A DNA stretch of 64,000 nucleotides, from the NCBI GenBank assembly GCA_017499595.2, contig CM039002.1, forward strand, positions 1,240,001-1,304,000. The letters run 5' to 3'. Position 1 is the stretch's first letter, and each line of letters starts with the position of its first letter. A model generated the notes under the pieces. The model was not told where the DNA came from. It made no database searches and was given only the letters and a program-made list of their open reading frames with translations. Origin of the DNA: Psilocybe cubensis (taxonomy: Eukaryota). Shown here one piece after another: positions 13,402 to 25,532 of this stretch. The position numbers and the translations under genes are program-made.

Positions 13402-15165
13402 TCACAGTTCGTCGTGTGTTGACGATGGTGACTGGAAAGCCTCCGTGAGTTCTGCGTGGAGAAACAAATGTTTAGTGAGATCATGACAAAAAGTGTAAAG
13501 AGACACAGGACATCTGGAAATCCAAACAAGGGAAAAGAAGAAAGCACTTACTCCTACGCATCTCCGGAGTTATTTCGCCAGGTAGAATAACGTTATACTC
13601 GATGAACAAGTCGCCCTTCACATCTCTATTGCCGAATACCGGCATACCCTCTCCTTTCACGACTTGTACAAAACCTGCCGAGTGTAAAATGATTTACAGC
13701 TAGATATGTCAATGTGGTGAGGCTGACGAACCTGGTTGCGTGACCCCTTTTCTCACAATCTGAACATTATGACCGTCTAAATGGGTGATATTTTTCTCGA
13801 ATCCGAGCAGTGCCTAAATGATACGTCAGGTCAACGTGTATTAATAACCACACGGTGCTAACCTCATCGATACCAATGGTTTGTTTCCAGTACAGGCTTG
13901 TTTCTTTTCTCCTCCATGACCCTTTAACCTTTTTACTCCTTACTCGCAAAACAACATCACCGGCCTCCCAATCAGGACTCTCGTCTGCCTCTCCTTCGAA
14001 AACTACTTCATGACCCTCTGGCATACCAGGCGTAACTTCAAGCGTGTAGTGTGCAGTATGGTCGACGACTTTATGGCCTTGACAATGGGGGCAAAGCTTT
14101 TTGATAACCTTCCCCCGCCCATTACACTCATTACAGGTTACTTGACTTTGCGCGAACATTCCAGGGAATATCTCCAGAGGAGTTTTAGATAATCAAAACG
14201 GAAAAAATATGAAAACTATACCTGTTGCTTGACTAACTTGACGCCGGCTCCGTTGCATCCTGTGCAAGTGTGAATGTCACCATCTGAAGCCGCACCCGAT
14301 CCTCTACAATGATCACATAGGATACGCTTCTTGATCATAAACTAGATATACCATTCGGGGAGGGTGAGTAGGGGCTACTAAAGGCCAAAACTGACTCACG
14401 TCTATACTTGCACCCTGATATCTACATCCCATGTTGAGATTGGCAATAGTTTATAGAATGGACGTAAAACTTACATATCCGCCAGTGAAACCTCGAATTC
14501 AGTTAAAGATGACGGCCCTCTTCTTGTCTGCTGTTGATGGTCTACGGCCAACGATTAGATATAATATTTACAGCTGTAAGCTAATTGAACACTTACGGCC
14601 ACCGAAGAAACTCGAGAAGACATCGAAGGGATTTGGTTGATGCTGACCGCCTTCATGAGCCTTGAGGCCCTCCTGATGATGAACGCGTAAATGTGTCTTC
14701 CAAGCCGATGAACAGCAAGAGCTTACCTCTCCATGTCGATCGTATATTTGGCGTTTCTTGGAAAGAAGCGTGAGTTCGAGATCTAGGACTGAATATGATG
14801 GCAATCATTACTGTTGGATCTGACAGAACTTCATAGGCTAGATGGGAATTCGAATTAATTTGTATTGTACTTCGAATCATACTCGCACTCACCTCTGGCA
14901 ATGTCTACAAACCTATCCTCCGCGCCCGGATCCTTGTTCTTGTCTGGGTGATATTTCTTGCTGAGTCTCTTGTATGCAGCTCTGATATCTTTCTCCGATG
15001 CTGACTTATGCACTATTAAACAGACAAGACGCAAAGTTCATGATTAACGCGTTTCGTATCCGACGCCTCATGAAATTACTGACCATCCAATATTTTGTAC
15101 AAGTCGGCCGCTGCTACTAACATTGCCAGGCCCAGAACCACCAGCAAAACAGGCGATAACATCAT
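13402..15165 (-). CDS. SCJ1: ER-lumenal type I DnaJ/Hsp40 co-chaperone (Scj1-like), multi-exon
   Basis: Signal peptide MMLSPVLLVVLGLAMLVAAA; J domain (DLYKIL...KYHPDKN...AYEVLSD); CxxCxGxG zinc-finger repeats (CDHCRGSG, CTGCNGAG, CNECNGRG, CPHCQGHK); last exon ends ...PSSTHDEL*, an ER-retention signal. Confidence 0.9.
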
Positions 15166-15443
15166 GAAAGAGAAGGGGTAAAAAGAAAAGTGAAGGGTAT
15201 TAGGGAACACAACAGCTTTACGCCGCTATGTTGTTGCTCTCTATAAATTTACTTAATGGTCTACGTGTCCTAACACCGTCAAGGGGGAAATGATTGAAAG
15301 TGTGACACGTGACATAATAGTCTAACGTGGAGCGGACCGCGACCCCGTTGATCGTGCAAACTTGGAACCCGTCCCTCACATCCCGAAAATACAGTGGACT
15401 CGTTCAAACGGTGGTCGCTCACTGCTCAGTGGGTAGACAACTC

Positions 15444-17152
15444 ATGCTCAACTTGATATCTCGTCAGAGGAGCTCAAAATGGATTGTGCGAAGGGGCCTT
15501 CATAGCACAATATACCCGTATCAGAAGCTTAGAGGTAGGGAGTTTTCCTCTGGCTAGATAGCAGTGATGACTGAGATGTTTACCCTCCCATTGTTATATA
15601 GCATTTCCGTTTGTTTTACCTCCTGAAGAAGCTATACAACGGATGAATCCTTATGTGAGGATCTCCTGCAATGAATTTGGATGGCGCGACAGGTTTTTCC
15701 CCCGAGGATTTGTCGCAGCCAAACGCCCTGTTATAATAGAAGCAGTATATTTTCCAACCTGGTTATTTGGGGGCCGCATTATGTTGGATCTCATTGGCAT
15801 GAAAGGTGTGATCATCAAAAAATTACTTTCCACCAACCTAATCTAGCCGCACCGACAGGCACACCTCTCGAGACGGCTATGTTTGCGCACATTTTCAATC
15901 TTGCTAGGTGAGTCTTCGCTGCGCCATTCGGAATTTTATGTTGAGCATTGAAATCAGCCCAATCCCAGGTAAATTTTTAACGATAAAGTTAATCCGCTTG
16001 GTTTGAATATGTTGGTCCAGGATGTGCCGTTCCGTTATTATCCTCTGCAAGCATATGGTCTCTCCGATCCATGGAAAATATCACACCACTCCCGCTCACA
16101 GATTCATTTCTGCGAGGGCAAGAAGCAAGCATTGTACGTATGCAACACGAAGCCGTAAAATTTTATTGCTTAAAAGGTTTTTCGCATGGATACAGGAGAC
16201 AAGTTATTTGAAAGGAATTCGATGCATACCCTTTACTACCTCCCCGTTCTCCGTCTTGAAGTTGATAGATACAGCAGCTGGGCGTACATTAACACTTGGT
16301 CCAGACAGTCTCTACGTCAAGTCGAGCAGAATTTATGACGTGAGGACTTCGACGATCTTATGTTTTGCTGTCTAACAATGTTTACAATAGTTCAGCGCCA
16401 TGCCAGTCCTACTTCCTATGTATGTCGCAAAATTTAAGGACAAATATAATCAAAGTTTACGTGCATTTATAGAAGCACATACAATAGAGGCTAGTTTTTT
16501 TGTCTTCGTACTCAATCCCATGCTCATCACGGTCCTTAGGCGTCAGTTAAAATCGACAGATTTCAGGCAGCAGCAATAGCACGCAGCCATAATCGCCCTT
16601 TGCCTCGGGTTTTTAATAATGGAATGAAAGACCATGATGTGTCATTAATCGACAACGGAAACGAAGTGATCGATTTTGGCAACCCTTTCAAGAGGTTAAA
16701 CGGTACATTTATGACTAACAATGAAAGCAACATCACTATAGGACTTTTTGAAGCTTATCTGTGGCACATTTTGGGTTCTTACGAAAATGTCAAGAAATTG
16801 GAGTCATTGGGGAGCCTTGCTTCAGACGAAGACAGTCGCATTCATGAAATGACGGCAAAAGAGATGGCGAAAAGAAAACAGGCCTTACAAGATGAGAAAG
16901 ACAGGCTGGTAAGTGCATCGTGTAATTGTAACGTCTAGAAACTTAATTCATCGATTTTCATACGATATCTAGCTAAATTTCATGAAGACCCGTAATATAT
17001 CGCCTACCAAAGAAAACGTTCGACAGCGGACTTCCAAGCTGGGAGTATGGTCGAAATACAAGACTTCTCCAGAGACACGACGTACATCGGGCACTGCGAC
17101 ACAGGAGCAGCCAACTACTCAGCCCAGCCAAAAGAAGAGCGGAAATCCTTGA
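15444..17152 (+). CDS. Unannotated protein with mitochondrial-like presequence (paralogue 1), multi-exon
   Basis: Arg/Ser-rich, acid-free N-terminus MLNLISRQRSSKWIVRRGLHST. Exons splice in frame, requiring one GC-AG intron. Shares motifs with 17417..19148. Confidence 0.75.
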
Positions 17153-17416
17153 CATCTGCTGTTACCTTGCGAAAATCATGCATACAAGGATTCTGTTCAG
17201 TCAACAACCGATAAAAATTAGCTAATTTATCTATATAATACATTCATATATATATGCATGTGTGTCTGTGTACTTTTCAGCCAGACAAGTATCAGCCTCG
17301 GGGCCGGGTTTGAATCAATCGTAATTAGTTCAACAGCCGCTCGGGCACGTGATGTATGGTAAACCGTGAGCAAGCGCGAACGTTAAGCTACAACAAGTCT
17401 ACAAAATATTGCCACC

Positions 17417-19148
17417 ATGCTCAGACGAATACCTAAAATAAAGCACTGTGCCTCGCAGATATTTTCTCGGAAATCGTCAACCAACCGCGGTACACCATAC
17501 GATGCCATTTTCACAAATAAGAAACTGAGAGGTCCATTTCATCTGTAGAACGAAGTCGGCAATTTCTAAAAGTAATTCGCAGCCTATCCCTTCGAGGTCT
17601 CTCCGGAAGATGCTCTAAGGCAAATGGGAGGATGGGCGGGCGCATTCAGCAGTACGACAGCGAGTGGGCTCATGAGCTCGGTGCTTGCTACGGTGGTGCC
17701 ATTTATTGATTACCAACGCCCCGTCAAAATGACCGCTGTTTACTTTCCGGCTTGGATCATCAATGCAGAAATCGAGGCCAGACTTACCCATGGATCATCA
17801 GAGGTCCGTTTTATGTCCATAAGTTCTTTCACAATGGGATTTTTTCATTAATAGTCATGACAAGCAGCAAAACGCGTCGGCAACCATTAGAAATACGTGC
17901 GTCTTTTAATTCATTTTGGGATGATACAAATTTTATCTGAGTATCTGAATTTAAAGATATGTCCCAGGTTTGCCCATCGATTTACCAGAGGTTCAAAAGC
18001 TGGACTAAAAATTTGTAGGCTTCGACGCTCCACTATTGTCTGCTGCACCTCTGTGGAATTCAGACGGAGACAACTACAGGGAAGACTTGGTACCGTTTAC
18101 TGCAGAGTTTTTGGAGCAGCAAGCATTAGATGTCCAATGTATACCTTTCTCGGTGTCACCATTTTCCCTTCTCGACATTCCGGCCTCTGCGAACAGCAGT
18201 ACATCATGGGAAATTAGCCGGGATTTAAGTGTATCCCCTTCGTCCATAAGGACAACGTTGGTAAGGCCTTCGCGTTATTTATTAAATTGACCAGTAACAT
18301 TTCATCTTACATACTTTCTCAGTTTTCAGCACAGCCAGTTTTGATCCCACTCTACATGGGTCTCTACAATGTTGGTGAAAAGACTGGCCAAACAATGACT
18401 TTCTTCACTTCAGGCTTTGCGAATGCCGTAAGTACTTTCACTAGCCCTCTGCGAACAAGCTTAAAATCTTGTACAGCAAAATGTCATGACGCAGAACATC
18501 AGTGGTATGAATCGAGTAGTGGAAGAAACCTACAAAGGCCTCTCGAAGCTTTCCCTATTCAAATGGCTAGATCTTGACGCAGGTGCATCGTAGAAGTGTT
18601 CAGTTTGAAGAATGTCGTTGCTCACTCATTAACGTACAGAGGTTTTCAGGTTCACTGACTACGAGTCAGTGCGGCAAGTGCACATTGGAGGAGTATCTAT
18701 ATCACCCGCCGTCGACACCGCAAATTCAATTTCCAAATGGCTACAAGGCCAACTTGGTTCGTCTGAAAACATCTCGAAACTGGCTGCAATGCGCAGATTC
18801 GAAAGTGATTCCGACCTACGCATTCGGGAAATGTCAGAAGAGGAAGACCAGGCATTGAAACGATATTTAGATCTTTCATCAGAAATAAGCATGATCAAAC
18901 GGATTATTGAAGTCAGTCTACATCATACTTTGCACTGTTTCAGTCCCTAACCGTCCCCACAGACGATGAAAGTCGCAAATAACAAAGCCATGGTTCTTAC
19001 TTATGGGGATGGCAAGATGCCGCACTTTCAGGCTGCAGAAGCTGCCGCTGCTACGTTGGCCGCCAAACTTGAGGAACTAGAACGCCAACGAGAAGAAGCT
19101 AGGCCTGAGTGGTGGATGGTGTGGGAGGTGTCAAATAGCACGTTGTAG
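17417..19148 (+). CDS. Unannotated protein with mitochondrial-like presequence (paralogue 2), multi-exon
   Basis: GCCACCATG start; N-terminus MLRRIPKIKHCASQIFSRKSSTNR. Motifs LRAYPFEVSPEDA, AVYFPAWII, CIPFSVSPFSLL, FSAQPVLIPLY and DLRIREMS are shared with paralogue 1. C-terminal coiled coil; stop TAG at 19146-19148. Confidence 0.8.
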
Positions 19149-19355
19149 TGGGATAACTGGCGAACAACTGCTTAAAATTTAATAAAGATATGTAGTTGCT
19201 CACTGCCCCTTCCCTCGGGGGTTTTCATATGTGAAAATCGTTGAATTAGTTAGCAGAGTAGGTGATGTGTATAGACGCTGCAGTTAGATATAAATATCTT
19301 TTAACATTACAAGTACAAATCCGAATATGTGCATATATGAAGTGTTCGACATTCG

Positions 19356-21873
19356 TCAAGTTCTAGGAAATGACAGCGCCCACGTAATTGTGATGGAAGT
19401 AATCAGTAACACCCAGAATGGATTGTTGGGACCTGCGCTGCTGGAGGGCAACCCCAACGTTACCGCTGCCATAGAGGCAATCGAAACAGTGGTCGAGACA
19501 TCCCCTGCCGAGTCAGTCACAACGAGCGTTCGGACTGTAGGCGAAGGTGAAATTGTGGGTAGAGCAGAGACGTTGGTCAATGCGGTCTTTTGGGCAAACA
19601 ACGCACTGTAGGTGGTGTTCGCAAGGCCAGAACTCACGATACCACCGACTGATACTGATACTGAGGTGTTAAGAGTGTAAGGCGGTGTAGTGAAGGTTGG
19701 TGTGGATAAGATGAAGTTTGGAAGAGTGGTTGTGACAGTTGCTGAGTTGGCAGAAAGGAAAGAAGCAAGCTGGGTTTCAGTAATGTTTGTACTGTTTTGC
19801 AGGGGGTATAGGCCGATCAAGGGAGGCTCTTTGCCGTTAATTCCGAAACTATTTGGGAATTAGCTCATTTTCGAACAGATTGAAAGATAAATATTACTTG
19901 AAAATCGAATAGACTGTCCTCAAGAAGGCTGAACCTGTACAGAGAGTAAGTAGACGTTCGATGTTTTTAGCTGAAGACGTTTTACCGAATTGCCAATCAA
20001 TGCCGTCAGAACTTGGGGGAAGGGCCAAAGGCCATGACAGACATAAATTTGGGTTTCCAGAAGCTGGTCCGATGATATAGTCTGTGGGGGAAATGGAGTA
20101 ATTACGTTGTCTGAAGTGATGTCACATGAGGGCTCGAAATAGGAAAAAAAAATTGATGATGTACCCAAAGGTAAACGACATCGGAACAGTGGTGTCGCAT
20201 GGAAGAGCCCATTGTCCATTACTAGCATCGACTAGGCGTGCGCCGTCGATCATAGTAAATATACGAGAAACCTGTTGTGTGAAAAGTCAGTGCTAAAATA
20301 TCGCGATTTCTTAGAGGCAAGACGATTACATCTTGGTAAGGCCCATAGATGCCTGGTGATCCACTAGTCATTTTTTGTTAAAAAGGGTTGTTGGTGAATC
20401 GTCAAGCTAGCAAGAACTATACACACATGTCAAACAGCGCAAGTGAACGTGTTAAGCCAATGTTGGCATATGTAGAAGTAGGGGTAAATTGCGTGCCATT
20501 AACCTTTGCCAAACTACAGTAAATATATATTGTACGCTTTCGGAATAAGATTACAACACTCACAGCAATACCCGTTATCGGGATCGCCCATTGCAAATAG
20601 CTAGAAACATTACTCTCTGCTCCAAAGGGGGGAAATTGAGCAACTTTATTCCACCCAATGTTGGTAGCGTTGGTCACAACGGAAGAATCAATTGCGCCTG
20701 TACCATTTGGCCGTTCAGCAAAAGTGCGAAACATGGGATCATTCTTCGTACCAAATGTAAGCGTTCCAGAAGCATTCCGCGTCAAACTGAGAGCAAACAG
20801 CGGATATTCCAGAACACCTCGAGCAGCTAGAGTTGCAAAGAAAGATGAAGCTAATAAAGGAAAACAAATTTACACTTTTGTGAGCACAATTATCAGGGCG
20901 AAACAAAAGTGTACAACACTTACCATTGGCTGCAGTGGAGATAGAAGAAAGCCTAGGAAACCCAAGGCCCATGATTCCAGTCGTCTGATCCGTGAGAGAG
21001 ACATTCGAGTCCGTCACAACGCCTGAGCATCAAGAATATGAGAAAAATACTGCATTACACCAGAAAAAAAAATTCCGAAGACCACAAAGGAGTGTAAATA
21101 AAAACGTACCAAACACCTGGTTGGCAATCGTCAGGTTGGAATTGGACAAACCAATCGTTTCTCTAGCGACAAATCCTGATGCGACTGTGACGTCAAAGTT
21201 GACCAAGTTGCAAAGCGCCATTTGTATCATTACAGTCACCGATATTGACCAAGCAAAGCAAAGCAGAGGAGAAGATGAGAAGACAGATGAACCACTTCAG
21301 AATCAATACATCATTTTGCGGAAGTGGCAAGCAAAAACGTACATGTGGTGTCGGCATATGACGCCTTGAACACAGTCTCATTGGCGTTCAGCTCGACGAA
21401 CGAGGGACTTCGATGATTAAGCGGATACAAAGGTATATTCTTGCAAGTAATTGTCTCGCAGGCGCTCGAGGCCAGCCATAGATCCGCCGAACCAGTGTCC
21501 AGATCAACGCGAAAGTTCAGCCCACCAACAGTGATAATCGTATAATATGATCTAGATGAAAGCGAACGATTGTAAGTTGTGACGAACGAACGTTTTTACA
21601 TTTATGGGACGAGTAAACATACTGTCTGTTACTCGCCAACGAAAGTGAGGTCAAGCTGGCTCCGAAAGTCGTGTTGTCCGCTGGCGAACGTGCGTGTAGT
21701 GTACGTATCGGGAGGGTAATAAGATCCGATGGCGCTCTCGGGATAATGTGTCCACCCATACCATTACCAACTGCTGCATAGCCCGCCGTTACAAGTTGGA
21801 GGAGCATGACGGTGTATAGCGCAACATTCGGAGAACCCGAGGAAGACTCATTATGGATGAAAGTCAGACGCAT
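19356..21873 (-). CDS. Pepsin-like (A1) aspartic protease, probably secreted/GPI-anchored, multi-exon
   Basis: LDTGSADLW first catalytic motif; flap SYAD; GIMGLGF; second motif FDIGS across an intron; Ser/Thr-rich stalk and hydrophobic C-terminus. Start codon uncertain (21873 or 21808). Confidence 0.85.
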
Positions 21874-22668
21874 AGTCCTGCGTAGATGTATGACTCCTTG
21901 TACGGTGTAATGATGCTTCAATTAGCACTGGGGTATCGGCGACATTAAGTGGATGGCCGGGGTCAAGGTCGCGAGAGCAGTTGAACTTTTGAAGAGTCGG
22001 TAAGAACGAAAATATGGATACAATGGTGTTTGAAAGTGATAATACTTTTCGAGAATGAGAGTGAAGAGAATGAGACCCGAGGAACAGAAGAAAACGAAAG
22101 GACCGGAAATATAACGACAACGAAACGAGTGTGAAAGTTAAGACAAGGTCAGTACTGGCCGCCGCAGCTCTGATCCCGCTTGCCTTTTCCGGCTTCATCA
22201 AGTCTTGGGTCCTTTCACCACCTCTAGAGCAATTCTAGAGATGTTGGAAATATTTTGGCCGCAGAAACACTCAGTGGGAATGGATTTCAGTTCACGGTGT
22301 AGATAGACATAGGACAAAACACATTTTTGGGATAGTACACAGTAAAATTTGATACATCCGATACAGCGAGAATGGGCCCTGGGTACTGGAGGCGGGGTGG
22401 GGCAGAGAACGAGAACTGACACGGTTAAAAGCTTGGGAGTGTGATAATGTTGAACGAATGGGCGTTGCCAAAAAAAAGAAAGAAAGAAGAAGAGAGAATG
22501 AAACTAAACCATAAAGATGAAGAAAAGAAACAAAAAAGTACGGAAAATAAATCATCAAGGGTAGCGCGCCATTACAATATATAAAAATGGTGAAAAAACA
22601 CGGCGTACAAAGGGTACGGATGTCGGATATATAAGAGAGAATATAAAAAGAGAGAATGATAAAAGCCA

Positions 22669-25532
22669 TTATCGCTTGGCAAATACTTTCTTGAGTAAAC
22701 CTAGAACTTTTGGAACATTGAGTTGGACATATTCCAAATCTAACAGATGCTTGTTGTCTTTTTGCTGAAGCAATGTGTCAGTAGTGGAAAAAGATCATGT
22801 CCGCCTCAACCCCATGGGTTGGCTGCCGACTTTAATCAGATCAAGAAAACACACCTTCTCCAGCAAATCATCAATCTTGAGATCCATCTCTAGAATAGCT
22901 TTCTCGCGCCCCTTGTAATGGAGTGCAATGATAAACGTCCCGGGAGTCGGTGACGTTATGTTGAAATAGATATTCGGTCGCCTACAGGCACATTATCAGC
23001 CACGCGACATCGAGACATCTGAAGGCAAGTTCAGAAAGACACTAACCGATTATCAGGCACATTACTCTCCACAATAATACCCTCTTTTTCCAGTTGTGCG
23101 TGTGTGAACCTATAAGGGCCTAGTACAACTGCCTTCACAGGCTTCTTCTCCTTTCCACCAACAGTAACTACACCGACACCCGTCGTACTGCCCTTGTCCT
23201 TGGTCGCAGTCAGACGCACATTCTGGAGATACGCCTTGTACTGCTCAAGCTGCGACCGCATGTAATTGTTGTGATCGCATATTGTCTTGTACACGGCCTC
23301 CAGTGACTTAGTCTCCAACACAACCTTTTCTCGCAGGTTCCCGAGGTGTACCAACTCTGCAGCTACTTCTTCCTGCATCAACCTGTACCCATCCGCCGCC
23401 TCGACGATTTTCTGCTCTTCCAGCTCCCGAAGCATCTCCTTGACCTTGATGCCCTTCCGCACAAGTACGGCGTCCTTCGTCGTGGCTGCCCGTTCGGCGA
23501 TCGCAGCAAGGTTGTACGGTCGTTTCTCGGCCGCATGAGGCAACGAACGGATCAGCTGCACAAAGATAGACTTGGTCTCCATGTACAGCATATCACTTGA
23601 TGACACTGAATCCATCAATGCACTTTGGATATCGTGCACCGGTGTTTCCCAACGACTATACAGGTTCAACTCGATCGTTCGGTTTTCTTTGCGGGGTACT
23701 TGAGGAGGCGCTGGGCCTAACTCGTCAGTAAGAATTCGTAGATGTTGCTTGTCGTTTGGGGACTGGAGGAAAACATTATTCAATGTATTTCCTCTCATTA
23801 CGGGCTTCATGCTTACCAGTGTCTCCACGTGTTGAAGAATGAGGGAATGCGTATTGTAAAGTTCGTTCAGCGTAATATGGATCATCAAATCTTTTTTAGA
23901 GAGGGCCATGTATTGATCCATCTGAATATTCCAAGTAAGTAAGATAGTAACAAATCCTTCTCATGCCAACGTACCTCAAGGGTATCATAGAAGTCTCCGA
24001 CCTCGCAAAGGTTGTTAAGGAACTGGTTGATGCGGGCTTTATTATTTTCGACGAAGGGATTAAGGGTCATCATGTACGCCTCCTTTGCGTACGAAGGTTT
24101 GTTTGCAAGATTCTGCAACATCTTCGCAATCTATTGTTCATGAATCATAAGTGCGTTGATTAGAAACTGTATCCATTGGCACACACCAAGGTAAGGGTTC
24201 GTCGTGGGTGCTTAGCAGGAACACCTTCCACAAGCATGTATGCCTGTGGCGTTACGATAGCGGGGTTGATGAAACGAAGGAAGAAAAACCCGCCAATGAG
24301 AGAGCAAATAGCATAATCAGTAGCGTCAGGATATTTACGCTAGTAGGAGGAAATGATTAGCAGGGCACGAGCAAAATGGAGCAATGGACACCAACTCTCG
24401 TCAGACTTCGAATCTGTTTGCATATCCAACGGATACCGTAAGGTACACTCTCCATACTCTCAATGATAGTCAACAAAAAGCTGTTGGCAATCTCCATGAG
24501 CATTGTGAGGCGTGGTGCGATGATAGCTTGGACATCATTGTTCTCTGCTGCTATTTCAGGTGCCACACCTCTGGGTAGATTAGGCGGAAGAGAGCCTGTT
24601 TCTTCTTCAATTTGGTTGATCATTTGCTCATAGACCTGTGATGTCCATTTAGAGACGGACGGTGCCTCCGATAAGCAAAGCATACCTTGACAGGATTGAT
24701 CTCTAGGTTGAGGTCCTTGTGTTCGATTAGGCTGTTTATGCGTTCGGCCAAGACGCTCTTGAGGTAGCTCTGACCAGGGCCACGGCGGGTATATGTCGTC
24801 ATCATGCGAGAAACAGGGGTATTGGCGCGAAGAAGCGAGCCGAACTCGGTTGCAGTCTCGAACTGAGCTGAGAGCACGCTCTGAAACATCGTGAGGAGAA
24901 GGTGTTCTTCTCTACTTTCGTACTGGTTTCCGTAAAGGGTGAACATGACGGTCTGAAGGAGAGTGTCGATCTCGGAAAGTGATACAAGGCGACAAAGAGC
25001 TGCAATATGTCGCGGCTCAGACTGGAGAAGGAAAAAAAGATTGGAGTACTGCTGTATTTTTCTGTCGTCTGGGTAATGTCCTTCTGTTGGATCAACTTCT
25101 TCCAGCGTGCGCTCCACTTCGCGTTGCTGTCAGACGATGTTGAGTACATAAACAAGGAACATTAATGGAGGATCGTGGTGGGAACAGATGCTTACTTCGT
25201 CGAGTGCCATTCTGTTCTGAATCAACAGGGCAATGCGAGAGTCAAGATAACGGACATCCCGTTCTAGAACGAAATTCTTTTTCGACTGAGCAGAGATCTT
25301 TCCCTTGAGGTCACGAAGACGCTTTTGCGCTGCAGATAAGAAAACGGGTCAGAGCAAGTGGGGAAAGCGACGGGGGGAGAAACGAACCTCTGGCCAAATC
25401 ATCCTCTACCTCGACATCCTGCTCTGCCGCCATGCTGAAGAGGGCGGTAACACTGTAGCGGTTTGTGTTCCTGTTGGTGAGACGGCGGGTGGAGGACATG
25501 CCTGGGGAGGTGGGCTGGTCCTGGTACGACAT
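22669..25532 (-). CDS. gap1: Ras GTPase-activating protein (Gap1/Sar1 type, with RasGAP_C domain), multi-exon
   Basis: [12 protein letters not shown] arginine-finger region, [30 protein letters not shown] signature, [11 protein letters not shown]-terminal coiled coil [24 protein letters not shown]. Confidence 0.93.
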
